Shown: piece after piece, positions 23,937 through 35,087 of the stretch
Position numbering within the stretch: position 1 is the stretch's first letter
Layout: every line of letters starts with the position of its first letter
Assembly (NCBI GenBank): GCA_020536535.1
Contig: JAHLWZ010000799.1
Coordinates: forward strand, 62,001-126,000
Direction: 5' to 3'
Source of the DNA: Pelomyxa schiedti
Lineage: Eukaryota > Protista > Evosea
DNA length: 64,000 nucleotides
Made by a program: the position numbers and the translations under genes
The notes under the pieces: model-generated
Database searches by the model: none
What the model saw: the letters and a program-made list of their open reading frames with translations, nothing else
Told to the model about the DNA's origin: nothing

Positions 23937-24405
23937 TCTTCAAAGAAAGGATCTGAAGGTTTGTCGCTGATCTTTCCGAGCGCAGGAAGTTTATAGCCAT
24001 TATGAATGTGAGGCCAGAGTCTTTTCAAGTTCAAGAAGGGGAGGAGAGGTCTAAAAGACTTTAGAACCAATTGGCTGAGTGGTCTAATCGCCAATCGTGG
24101 GATCGCCGGTTCGGTTCTGCCCAAGGTTCATCAGGGACTGGAGGGGTGACCACCAATTTTTTGACAGAGGACCTCAGCCCTCGTCAGACGAAGGGTGAAA
24201 GCCTCATTTTGTGGTTGGCGCTATGGAGAACAATGAAATGAAGGAGTGTTATTAATCACAACCAAGGTTGGAGCATCACAAAGAGTTCATATGAAGAGCT
24301 TCATCAAGCTGTTGCAACCATGCTTGGGAACAACCCATAGAGGGAAGTCGACGAACTGGTGAGGGAAAAACCTGGTCACTGAGAGAATAGGGGTGCAGCA
24401 ACTTT

Positions 24406-24505
24406 NNNNNNNNNNNNNNNNNNNNNNNNNNNNNNNNNNNNNNNNNNNNNNNNNNNNNNNNNNNNNNNNNNNNNNNNNNNNNNNNNNNNNNNNNNNNNNN
24501 NNNNN
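24406..24505. other. Scaffold gap (100 N) flanked by a 121-nt duplicated overlap
   Basis: 24285-24405 is repeated at 24506-24626 on either side of the N run. Confidence 0.95.
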
Positions 24506-24507
24506 GT

Positions 24508-26130
24508 TCATATGAAGAGCTTCATCAAGCTGTTGCAACCATGCTTGGGAACAACCCATAGAGGGAAGTCGACGAACTGGTGAGGGAAAAACCTGGTCAC
24601 TGAGAGAATAGGGGTGCAGCAACTTTCAGGGAGCGCCATTGTGAACAACCTTGTTCCAGTTATGGCATCCATGACCACCGTCCAAGTGCGTAGCCCACCA
24701 AAGGCAGCAACACTCTTTTTGGAGAGAGTCTTGACATTGGCACATGTGTTAGGCGTAACTTCCCTGGAGAAGAACAACAGCCCGCATCCAGCGGCTACAG
24801 AATGAGTTCCCCATGGGAAGGTGTGGTTCACGCACGGTTGGCGCTTTCTGTAGGCGGTCTTCTCCTTGCGGCTCCTTGTTTTCCGGGAATCACCAGGTGC
24901 CAAGGTGGTGCAGTTGGGGTACCAGAGCGGCTCGAGTGAGTAGAGAGACACAAATGGATGCCGGCTTGTTTGCTCATCCTTGAGTGTGCACAGGTGGGCA
25001 TCGTCAACAGCAAGCACACCCATGTCGGTGGTATGCTGGAGCCATGTTGTAACCAGTCCAGAGTGTAACTGTACGAGTCTCTCCCTGTAGCAGTCATCAC
25101 ACGTGGACATGCCTTTGGTGAAGTGAAGGTAACTGGCATTGTTGTCAACAAGTGGAATGTTGTTAGACCCAAGTCCCAGATTGCCCATGTTGTTGTGTTG
25201 CACAGCCTTCATGGGGTTGGCGATGGATCGCTCGTTCCACAGTGTGAACAGATCAACGGCAATACAGTTGAGAGTGTGATCGATATCCCTCTTGTACCAT
25301 ATTTCCACCGCGTCACCATCGGGGTCATACTGACCAGTCTGTGAGATAAACCTGATGTGGAGTATCCCGTTCAAGGAGCCGCCAATCAGCACGTGCTCCT
25401 GAGGTACACCTTGAACCACCCTAAAGAGAACAAGCCGGTCAGAGAAGGGCATCACAATCCAGCTTCTGTTTCTAGCAATAAGCTCGTAATTGCGTTCTCC
25501 AGGCAGAGGAAGAGATACATCACCAATGAGGTTCCGGTCCTGAACAGGGCGGCCAACAACAGTTGGCAGGCGCACGAGTCCCTGTGTCGGGGAGATAGCG
25601 AATATCACGCAGGCATCACCAATCTCTTCATTCAGCTGCAAGCAAACCAACTTGCCACGTCGCACCACCCAGTCCCTGCCTATCATTTCCAGCACCGTGG
25701 GAGGCAGCATCACAACGGGGCCGCTGGGCCCGGAAGCCCGCAATCTCGCGTCGGGAGCAGCGGCGAGGCCCGGCGCTGAGGCGGCGGAGGCGGAGGCGGC
25801 GGCCGAAGAAGAGGGCGCGGGAGGGGGCCACGCGGGCGAAGAGGCAGGGGGGGCAGCCAGGGACGAGGCGAGGGAGGGCACGACGGGGGCAGGGCCGGAG
25901 ACGGGCGCGAAGGCGGAGGCGGAGGCGCAGGCGCAGGCCAGGGCCACGAACTGGTCCCGGGCCATCAGGGGCGGGGGCGTCGCAGGGTCGTCGTTTGATA
26001 TGTTCACGACGTGGACCTCCCCGTTCGGTCCCAATGAATTGTAGAGCGCCTGCATCAACTCCAGGGGTGTGTGCTGGGTGTGGTCGGTTGTCGGCGCGAA
26101 ATCTCGGCACTGACAACTCGAAAACAGCAT
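24508..26130 (-). CDS. Lineage-specific family protein, divergent member (intronless ORF)
   Basis: 540-aa ORF sharing ordered motifs with 31949-36352: QFVAL, MLPPTVLEMIGRDWVV, ARNRSWIVM, TWLQHTTDMGVLAVDDAH, SVAAGCGLL, MDAITGTRLFTM. Confidence 0.75.
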   Translation of the reverse strand: MLFSSCQCRDFAPTTDHTQHTPLELMQALYNSLGPNGEVHVVNISNDDPATPPPLMARDQFVALACACASASAFAPVSGPAPVVPSLASSLAAPPASSPAWPPPAPSSSAAASASAASAPGLAAAPDARLRASGPSGPVVMLPPTVLEMIGRDWVVRRGKLVCLQLNEEIGDACVIFAISPTQGLVRLPTVVGRPVQDRNLIGDVSLPLPGERNYELIARNRSWIVMPFSDRLVLFRVVQGVPQEHVLIGGSLNGILHIRFISQTGQYDPDGDAVEIWYKRDIDHTLNCIAVDLFTLWNERSIANPMKAVQHNNMGNLGLGSNNIPLVDNNASYLHFTKGMSTCDDCYRERLVQLHSGLVTTWLQHTTDMGVLAVDDAHLCTLKDEQTSRHPFVSLYSLEPLWYPNCTTLAPGDSRKTRSRKEKTAYRKRQPCVNHTFPWGTHSVAAGCGLLFFSREVTPNTCANVKTLSKKSVAAFGGLRTWTVVMDAITGTRLFTMALPESCCTPILSVTRFFPHQFVDFPLWVVPKHGCNSLMKLFI

Positions 26131-27823
26131 CAGTCAAGTTTGTTTTTGGGGTTTTTTTCTTGAAATATCAAACAAAAAATAATTTTTTTTTCCCTGGGTG
26201 ACAAGACCCTAGGATACGGAGATATTGCACACAACGTGTTGTGAGTGATCTGGTAAGAATTGTTGTGCAGAAAAGCACTAATGTAAATAGAAGAATGGGG
26301 ATGCATACTAGGTACTTTTCCATTATAAAGAAGCGGTGTATGACTGTGTGACGAATTTGTTAACTATTAAGCATCTGCAGATATCTGGAGCCACCTGATC
26401 CATTATGTTTTCACAGAGGTGTATTGGGGAAGCTTGAACTACACTTTCTGCGAGTACAGCATCCTCACTCAAATAATACACATACAAAGGGGGTTGGGAG
26501 TGCCAAGAATGTTGGAAATTGCATTGAAAAGTTCTTCAGTATCGAGTTGAAAGGAATGCACTACAAACTTTCTGAAAGAAGTGATATATGCAAGCACGGA
26601 CATAACGTTAGTGTTGGTATGCTACAAGTCAACTTAAAGCCAACGATCCAGCTATTCAAATAAGGGAAGTACCTGGCCAATGTTTTCGCAACATGTGCCT
26701 GCTCGGTATTTCTCCATAGTCGTGTGGAACGATACAAACAAATCAATTTGAGGTCTACTGGATCATCCAGGGCGCTCCACTCCACTGGAGTAACATTTTC
26801 AGGAAACTGTGAGTACAACCAGCGCTAGCAGTAAAGTGTGAATTCCAGAAGAAAGAAACTGATTATCGTGTTAGCTGATTGCATAGACAACAAAAGGCGT
26901 ACCTTCTTTGTTCAGTTTTCTACGTATCTTTGTCCTACTCAGAGAAGAAAACTGGAGTTGATTTGGATATGCCTTAAAAATAGGGTTATTTTAACACGTT
27001 GTCAGATTACAGAAATAAAGCAGTTTGCAGTATTTAGTACACCGCAACTTTGGTTTTTAACCCTGGCTGAGAAGGCATTACGACCACTGTACCTTCACGT
27101 CATTGCGTGCCCATGCACGATCCTCCAGAGATCAATTCATCACTTGAAGTCGAAGTGCCCAAAAGTTCCTTGTTCCATTCACTAATAGCTCTACGGTATT
27201 AACATGTCATTCCAACTCCCTTCCAGTACATTATAAAACGCCAACCGTCACTAAGCACGCAGTTCCGTAGGCTACGGACCGTGGCCAGGTTTTTTTTTAA
27301 TCCTCTTTCTGTTGGTAACTAAGACAGGAGAGCGAAGACTACTACAACCAAACAACGAACATATATGAATTTGGTTGGCATCCCCAGCAATAGCGCTGCC
27401 AAGATCTCCAAAGAGTGAGTTACGCTCGTTTGGTGGAATGGCTTTGCTACTCATTTGCTGTCTCGTTTTCCTACTAACTACAGGCAAGAAGAAAACGAGA
27501 CGGTGGGTCTTACGAAGTGTCACAGTGGGTGCATTCAAAAAAAAAAAAAAGCACATTTCACTTTCCCTTCACAAAAACCTGCTCCAAGGCATGCAACCTG
27601 TGATAACGTAAGCTTCCATATTTATTAAAGGTAATGACTAACGTTATCGTAGGTGGGTGACACTGACGTCTGGACTCTTGGCTTTGATCAATTCTGTTAA
27701 GAATAGGCACCTTCTGGACGAATTTGCACAAGTTATCATCAACTCTAATGACAAATTTACTCACTGAGAGCCAAGGATTTCAAGCTTCGGGTCCAGTTGA
27801 GAACTTCTGGTTGTTTTTTGATT

Positions 27824-28274
27824 TTCTTTCTTTCGGCATATTATTGACATCCTTACTAAAGAACCTTGAGCGGAGAAGGAAAAGGCCCAGCGAGTGGAGG
27901 CAAAACTTAAGGTGTTCTCTGAGCTCTGTGATGCTCTTCCCCAAGTAGAAAGGACAATGGTGGAAAAAGAGCCAATGTTAGGAGGTATTCTTCCTGTTCT
28001 TCACACATTCGCATTAACAGCATGGCAGAGTTTGTTGAGATAAAAGCTACATTGCAGAGAAGTTAGCCACAATAAAAGCACAAGAAGCTTGCCAAGAACC
28101 CAAACGAGGTAATTGTACCAGATGTTATCACACTGGCATTTAACTCCCAATAGATGAGTTGAACGCTCTTATCAGCTAAGCATTGGAGGCCCTCACAGGG
28201 CAACGACCTCCAGTCAGGACTTTGAGTACCACAACAAGCACTTCACATGCCGAAAAGAAGGCCTCTTGAAAGCA
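27824..28274 (+). pseudogene. Degenerate duplicate of the 3' part of the coiled-coil gene at 31168-31627
   Basis: About 450-nt direct repeat of 31168-31627, including an intron. It carries an in-frame TGA at 27867-27869 where the other copy has AGA, a 12-nt deletion and a 1-nt deletion. Confidence 0.75.
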
Positions 28275-29496
28275 AAAGATGTTCATTTTGTTGACTATTG
28301 TGTCTACCCTCAAAAGAAAGTACGATAGTGGACTTAAGAGAAAGCCAACGCAATTTATCACAGGGACATCCTTGCGGACAAAGGCACAGCTGATCATGTT
28401 TTACTTGAGTATTCCCTGATATTGAACATGTGGGTGAAGCTTTCCCAGTCAAATACATTTTATTGGAAAGACAGTGCTTGTACACTGTATCAAGTATGTG
28501 TTTAGAAGCCATTTTATTTTCTCATACCTTTAAATCGAGGAGGTTTCTGCCGGTACATTCCCTTCGAGAATCGAATACTCCCCTTCTTATTCAGTCAAGT
28601 TTGTCTTCTTACATTTAGATCACCGAACAGCCAGTTTCTCGAACTCATTTTGGTCCCACTGTTCAACAATAGAACAACAGGACATGAGAATTGCGCACGG
28701 AATGTGTTGGAGTTGACCCATCCCCCGCGTGCTCAACTGGCATCCTGCAGGCATCATTCGTTTTTTTGGGTGGGTCAGAGGCAGTACCAGCATTGGGGTA
28801 CTGTAGTATTTTTTTTTAAAGACCGACATCCTACTCAAACTACAACGTCCTCCTCCCCAAGAGTTTTATGTAAAAACCCAATAGTGGAATGGGAAAAAGC
28901 ATAGATCTGCAATCAAAAGATTCCTGCTGGCGGCAACCAAAAAGTTGACCAATGGATGTGCGAGTCGAAGGTGGATCTTTTTAATACTCAATTTCCTTCT
29001 CCCATGTTCTGCTTTGTCAGCCTGTTGCTGCGCTTGTAGCAAGCTCGCCAAATATGTTATGGCTGCTTACAAGGTATCAAAACAGCACCTCCACCATAAA
29101 ATCGTGAACTACTATGAGACAAAACAAATTATTTTTCCTCTCTTTGGTTACAAAGATCAAGTGTGCAATGCTGTCAACGCCGTTTAGCTTTCCGCAACTT
29201 GGCATTAGATCTAGGACTGCTATTCTAAGCGTCGCTCGATCCAATGGATCTTTTTAAAACTCTATTTTTTTTCTCCCCTGTTCTGACTTGGACCGGTGTA
29301 GTGTTTGGCAGATGTAGAGATGTAGATGTTTGGGAGATGAAAAATGCGCCAAGAACATACTCACAATTGGTATTGTAACACAGTACACTGGCAGCCACAT
29401 AACACGAGATCCTACACAATGAGTTCTCAGGTAACACAGCAGATCTGACTCTTCACACAGATCTACAGATACCAGCCCAGCACGTAACCGCAACCA

Positions 29497-31623
29497 ACTA
29501 CGTTGTGGACACCACCAAATCCAAGTCTTCTCGCAAGAACCGCATTCAACACAAAAAGGGGGGCCGTGCTGGAAAGCCACAGACAGAACGCTGTTTCCAG
29601 AACAAGCCCAAGCGCAAGCAGTGCTTTTTTGACCATAAGTTGCCTCCGGCAGAGCAGCACCCCGTGTCTCACCCGCAGCCCTTGCGCGAGTATGAGCCCT
29701 TGGACGCCTATGCAACCATCACTCGTGCCAAATCGACTCTCGACCGCCACCCATTGCCTGCTCCACCCGTACCCAACGACGGAGACGCGATGATGAGCAA
29801 TACCTGCGCTCTTGGGAATGTGGTTTCTAGTCCAAGCTCTGAAAATAATGGCGCATGTGGTGTCGACCAAGTTGGGGAGGCTGAGCCATCATCCCTTGGT
29901 CCTGTTTCCGATAGTGCTCCTACCTCTGCTCTTCATCGAAGCCAAGCCTCGTTATCTGTTCCTACAGGCCATCAGCGTGATGTTCAACCCCCATTCCAGA
30001 AAAAAGTAAGTGCTTTCATATTTCCCGACTGTTATCACTTATTGTTTACTTGCACATAGATAAGAGTTATTCCTAGATGTGAGCCTTTAATTCAACAAAA
30101 TCTAGCACAAGCATTGGCCCTCCTTTCTCAAGAAGAAGCTGAATGTGAACTAGCATGTAGGAATACACTCGCGGACTTATGTTCTTGTCAAAACAAAGAA
30201 GCAGTAAGCAAAAGCCCAGGTAAGTACAATGGGATATTGAGCTATACTAAACATGGATAAGAGGATCAATTTCCAGACATTTGGACACATATTGAAAAAA
30301 CCACACAGGTTGGTTGGGAAAGAAGATATGAAAAGTTTACACTAACCATCAATAGGCCCTTGATCGTTTTAAAGCGAAGCAAGAACATGGTATTTTTCCA
30401 GTCTTTCTTTTATCTGTTGAAAATCAAGCAGCAGATAAAATTCAAAGTAGGATAGACGAAGAACGAGATAAGCGGCTTGCATCTGAATTAGAGCGTCTAG
30501 TAACAGAGTACCAGTTGGGCCAAATACAGGCGGCCAATGAGAAATTGTCGGCGGATATAGCACAGGTGGAATCATTCTTGGAGAATATGAAAGGGCTGCC
30601 CAAAGAAATTGAAGGTTCTACTCTAGTAACTAGTAATCTGAGGTAACATTACTTGCAGAATTGGAACAAGAAATTGCTGCATTAGAAGAAGAGTGCAACA
30701 CTATAGACCCTAATCAGAAACCCCTTCGTATGGGCTTATGAGGGGCTTCCTTTGCTTATCGATTTCAAACAGAGGTGCTTGAAGCTTCTATGGAGCAAAT
30801 CCGTTCCATTCTTTCATCTACTGCTTCCTCTGTGGATNNNNNNNNNNNNNNNNNNNNNNNNNNNNNNNNNNNNNNNNNNNNNNNNNNNNNNNNNNNNNNN
30901 NNNNNNNNNNNNNNNNNNNNNNNNNNNNNNNNNNNNNGAAACCCCTTCGTATGGGCTTATGAGGGGCTTCCTTTGCTTATCGATTTCAAACAGAGGTGCT
31001 TGAAGCTTCTATGGAGCAAATCCGTTCCATTCTTTCATCTACTGCTTCCTCTGTGGATGGTGCCTCCTGATTTTTCCTTGAAAAAAAAGGCAACTTTCTG
31101 AGTGTGTAAACTTGAAGTCTAAGTAATAGAAAAGTGTGTGACAGAAAGGGAGTGTTTTTTCATCATATTCTTTCTTTCGGAAAATTATTGACATCCTTAA
31201 TAAAGAACTAAGAGCGGAGAAGGAAAAAGCCCAGCGAGTGGAGGCCAAACTTACTGTGGCCAGGAAGTTGTTCTCTGAGTTCTGTGATGTTCTTCCCCAA
31301 GTAGAAAGGAGAATGGAAAAAGAACCAATACTAGGAGGTATTCTTCCTGTTCTTCACACATTAGCGTTAACAGCAATGGAAGAGTTAGTTGAGATAAAAG
31401 CTGCATTGGAGAAGTTAGCCGCATTAAAAGCACAAGATGCTGCCGAGCACCCAAAAACGAGGTAATTTTATCCGATCTTATCACACTGGCATTTAACTCC
31501 CAATAGATGAGTTGAACGCTCTTTACAGCCAAGTATTGGAGGCCCTCACAGGGCAACGACCTCCAGTCAGGACTTTGAGTACCACAACAAGCACTTCACA
31601 TGCCGAAAAGAAGGCCTCTTGAA
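29497..31623 (+). CDS. Spliced hypothetical coiled-coil protein (structure uncertain, spans the second gap, possibly degenerate)
   Basis: ORF 29505..30059, then exons ELEQEIAALEEECNTIDPNQKPL | QVLEASMEQIRS and IIDILNKELRAEKEKAQRVEAKL...KAALEKLAALKAQ. The phase of the last intron does not fit the downstream frame by my count. Confidence 0.4.
30838..30937. other. Scaffold gap (100 N) flanked by a 121-nt duplicated overlap
   Basis: 30717-30837 is repeated at 30938-31058. Confidence 0.95.
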
Positions 31624-31948
31624 AGCATGTTCCTTACAAAAGGGAAAAATCCCAAAATACATGCAGAAGTTGAAGCACACAGAAACAATTTCACCATAAG
31701 AGACTGAACCCAGTGCCTCCTTCCCAACTCATTCGTGACGCAGAAGCCGAGGCTTGAAAGAAACAAAACCAACAACTAGCTCCCCAATGCGGTTGTCGTG
31801 AACTGGCCTCCAATAAGGCACCATGCCCCAACCCAAACATCAAGTACCACGATACAGGGTAACTCCTACAAAAACGAAGAACATCAGAGAAAAGTGTTGC
31901 TTTGATTAGGGAATCGGCACGCTTGTCGTTGGCAAAATGACTGATTGT

Positions 31949-33385
31949 TCAATACCTTCTGTGAGCCACACCATCATCAATCATCATTGGTAGAACGAAG
32001 GGAAACTGCGCGACAGAGTCAGGAAATACTACAAGGTTTGGGTGTGCCATGTGGAACAACGTGGCTCCGGATACGGCATCTACGAAGCTGTGTGTTGATG
32101 TTGTACAAGTGGTTCCACTTCTGAAGGGCTTCATTGCAGTTTGCGTTCCATAGAAGTGATGCTGAAAAGAAATGGCGATCAATAAGCCACAGCCAGCAAC
32201 AACTGACGCAGTGTCACTGGAGTGTTGGATGGTCATCACAGGAACCACAAGTGGTCGTTGCCGTTGCCGTTGCCGATTAGGCTCGTGGTATGGCTGTGTT
32301 CGGCGCCGCTTTGGTTCTGGGGCCCCTCGTTGTTGCCTTTCTGTTGTGGTTGGATGAATGAGTGATTGCAGGGAAAACACCGAAGTTGAGCTGGGCTTGT
32401 GGTTGATTGCTGCTGATGTTGCGCTTATATGTGACTCGTCAACGGCTTGCACCCTGAGTCCTGTAATGTTCTGAAGCCATGTGATCGTACTCCCTGTGGC
32501 CATGTCCAACAAGTTACAGCTTTTCCGAACAGTAAAGAATGGAAAGTGATAGTTCGCTTCTGCTCGGTCAAAGAGAGGGGCACATAGTGCATGTCTTGTC
32601 AAATTTAATTTGGCCAAATTGCAGCTTGAAATAGAGGAGGGTCTGAGAGGGCTAGAATTCCACACTGTGTTGAGGTCCAATTGACATCCACAAAAAAGGA
32701 GCTGTTTAGTGAAGAACACTTGAAGAGTGTCAGATCTCTCGTTGTATACTCCGCTTGGAGAGATCAATTTCAGTGAAAAGACATCAACTTTGCTTTCTGT
32801 AGACAAGGGAAGAAGATGATGGAGAGACGAGGGCACACCACACTCGACCTTCCACACCACAAGGTTGCTTTGATCGCGTTGTGCCATTACAATCCAGTTT
32901 CTGTTGCACGCCACCATAGGGTATTGCTCGTAGGAAGGCAGTGCTATTCGCTTGATCAGGACCGAATGCGGTACAATCACGCACACTTCATTGCCCAGTC
33001 GGCAGTTCATTCTGAGAACCCTGTCAGGCCCAATGAACCCCAGCACACGCAAACTCCAGCCAATGCTTCCCGGCATCCTCACCAGACCCACCGTGAATGA
33101 CAAAGAAAATAGCACCGGCGGGGTTCTCAAGTCGCAGCCTGGGTCCGCACCTCCCTCCACGTCAGGATTACGGGTTGTCCCCGCAATCGAGAACTTGGCG
33201 ATCACGACCCTCTCAACGGCCATCACCCACCTCTTTCCAATGCATTCCGTCACGACAGTCTGTGGCAGCATCGCAGCAAAACAGCCCCCGACCCCAAGGC
33301 GTGGCAGTGAGGCGGCGGCAAAGGCTGTGAATTGCTTGTCTGCACACAATGGTTCTTGCACATCGATATAACGGCACCACCACAT
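31949..33385 (-). CDS. Lineage-specific family protein, tandem paralog 1 (intronless, MWWC start)
   Basis: Likely ATG at 33385 (MWWCRYIDVQEPLCADKQFTAFAAAS), in frame with ORF 31949..33511. Motif-by-motif homology to the neighbouring copies. Confidence 0.8.
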   Translation of the reverse strand: MWWCRYIDVQEPLCADKQFTAFAAASLPRLGVGGCFAAMLPQTVVTECIGKRWVMAVERVVIAKFSIAGTTRNPDVEGGADPGCDLRTPPVLFSLSFTVGLVRMPGSIGWSLRVLGFIGPDRVLRMNCRLGNEVCVIVPHSVLIKRIALPSYEQYPMVACNRNWIVMAQRDQSNLVVWKVECGVPSSLHHLLPLSTESKVDVFSLKLISPSGVYNERSDTLQVFFTKQLLFCGCQLDLNTVWNSSPLRPSSISSCNLAKLNLTRHALCAPLFDRAEANYHFPFFTVRKSCNLLDMATGSTITWLQNITGLRVQAVDESHISATSAAINHKPSSTSVFSLQSLIHPTTTERQQRGAPEPKRRRTQPYHEPNRQRQRQRPLVVPVMTIQHSSDTASVVAGCGLLIAISFQHHFYGTQTAMKPFRSGTTCTTSTHSFVDAVSGATLFHMAHPNLVVFPDSVAQFPFVLPMMIDDGVAHRRY

Positions 33386-33519
33386 GTCGATTATGAAACG
33401 GGTTTGATTGTAAGATCTGGAAAAAAAAAAAAATGGGCAAAGCCGGGGATTGGTGTCGGATGACATCATATCATCATTCAGTGACAGCATCATTTTTTGT
33501 TCCAAGGCCAATCATCATT

Positions 33520-34932
33520 TCAAATAACCAGCAACAACAACAAAGAAAACAAGCATTTGTTAGGATTTTTTGAGTCACTCACATCACTGCGTAGGATCCT
33601 TTCTGGTTGAATGAAGGGAAATGGTGTAATTGATGCAGGAAAAACGGGTTTGGGGTAGAGCATAGTAAACAGTGTGGCTCCACAAACATCTGTGAATGCT
33701 AGTGCAATGGTTCCTACAGTAATCTGGCTGTTGAAACCCATGTACAGCTCTTGGTGCAACATCTGCATTTTGCAAGCCACCAAAAAGCCACACCCCCCAA
33801 TGACTGAGGAAGTTTCAGAAGTGTGCAGGAGGGTTATCACAGGATTGGGTGCTGCCTGATCACAATTTTTCGGTTCTGGGGCCCCTCCTTGTTGTTGCCT
33901 TTTGGTTGTGGATGGGTGAATGAGTGATTGCAGGGAAAAAACGGAAGTAGATTGAGGCCTGGCATTGGTTGTTGTGCTGAGATGAGACTCGTCAATGGCT
34001 TGCACCCTGAGTTCTGTGGTGTCTTCCAACCACGTGATACTGCAACCAGTGCTTAAGTTCAACAACTTGGCCTGTATCTGTGTACCATGGAAAGCATTCA
34101 AGTATGGAAGGTGATAAGTGCTTTCAGCCCTGTCAAAAAGGGGGATGACCACGTCTGCTGTCAAACCAGAAATTTGGCAGTCAAAGCAACATTTCATGCA
34201 AGCTCGTGAACCGTGAGTTTTCCATGCAGTGTCAAGTTGGACATGATACCCACACAGAGCAAGGCCATTGTCATGCACAGTTAAGATCACCTCAAGAGTA
34301 TCAGAGTTCTCATCGTAGACATCACTAGACAGCATTCTCAGGGAGATGACTGTGATTGGGCCGGAATCGCTTAAGTCCAGCACGACACCTTCAGCTTCCG
34401 GAAGAGAGTCCACAACTGCCCAGACTGAAAGATAGCCCTGACCGTGCGGCGCCATCACAACCCACTTCCTGTTGCACACCACCAGAGGCTCTTCATCCGC
34501 GAAGGGGAGAGGGATCGGCCCCGCGACTTCTCTCCCCTTCGCGTTAACCACACGCATCGAAGCGTCCCGAGCACGGCCCCTGACCACGGCCCTGCCGGGC
34601 GCGGTCCACCCCAGCACGCGCGCGTCCCACCAGATCACGCACGGCCTTGTCAGCAGCCCAACGGTGAACGACACCCTGAACATAATGGGCGGCGCGTAGT
34701 CGCGGCCCCACAGAGGCGACGCGAACTCGACCAGCACGACCCGCTCCGTGGCCATCACCCACATCTTGCCGATGCACTCGGCGACGATCCACAGGGGCAG
34801 CTTCGCGGCGTAGCAGGAGGCATCGGCAACAACACCGGGACGGCGAGACGAGTAATGCGCGGAGGCGAAGGAGGAGAACTGGTGCTGCGCCACTAGCGGG
34901 TTGTAATACTCTGGGTATTCACACCACCACAT
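33520..34932 (-). CDS. Lineage-specific family protein, tandem paralog 2 (intronless, MWWC start)
   Basis: Likely ATG at 34932 (MWWCEYPEYYNPLVAQHQFSSFASAH), in frame with ORF 33520..35055. Shares ECIGKxWVMAxER, ACNRKWxVMA, TWLxxxTxLRVQAxDESH and SVFSLQSLIHP with the other copies. Confidence 0.8.
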   Translation of the reverse strand: MWWCEYPEYYNPLVAQHQFSSFASAHYSSRRPGVVADASCYAAKLPLWIVAECIGKMWVMATERVVLVEFASPLWGRDYAPPIMFRVSFTVGLLTRPCVIWWDARVLGWTAPGRAVVRGRARDASMRVVNAKGREVAGPIPLPFADEEPLVVCNRKWVVMAPHGQGYLSVWAVVDSLPEAEGVVLDLSDSGPITVISLRMLSSDVYDENSDTLEVILTVHDNGLALCGYHVQLDTAWKTHGSRACMKCCFDCQISGLTADVVIPLFDRAESTYHLPYLNAFHGTQIQAKLLNLSTGCSITWLEDTTELRVQAIDESHLSTTTNARPQSTSVFSLQSLIHPSTTKRQQQGGAPEPKNCDQAAPNPVITLLHTSETSSVIGGCGFLVACKMQMLHQELYMGFNSQITVGTIALAFTDVCGATLFTMLYPKPVFPASITPFPFIQPERILRSDVSDSKNPNKCLFSLLLLLVI

Positions 34933-35087
34933 GATGATTGTTTCGAAAACTGCCACAGCACTGACGCACCATAGATCTGGGTGACAAGGCAGCGGAGTAG
35001 TGCCAAAAATTTTGTGCCCTCTGTAGATCCAATAGAACAAAATTTTTACAGACACAAGTGCGAAAATTTCAACTCAATGTCTTGTTT

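Noticed and set aside
24165-24215. Hammerhead-like CUGACGA followed by a GGGC-UGAG-GUCC stem on the minus strand
   Set aside because: The required GAAA after stem II is absent (UCUG follows), and I found no convincing stems I/III.
24285-24626. 121-nt direct repeat around an N run, apparently duplicating the gene's C-terminus
   Set aside because: An exact 121-nt overlap on both sides of a 100-N gap occurs twice in the window. This is typical of an unmerged k-mer overlap in scaffolding, not a biological repeat.
26400-27770. Short ORFs that might be transposase or viral remnants
   Set aside because: No DDE, RT, integrase or capsid motifs and no terminal repeats were recognisable. A weak spliced minus-strand gene is possible but I cannot support it.
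28650-28904. GHENCARNVLE, an ankyrin-like fragment
   Set aside because: A single short motif with no second repeat and no coherent exon chain.
30717-31058. Second 121-nt direct repeat around an N run
   Set aside because: Same length and geometry as the first gap, so an assembly artefact.
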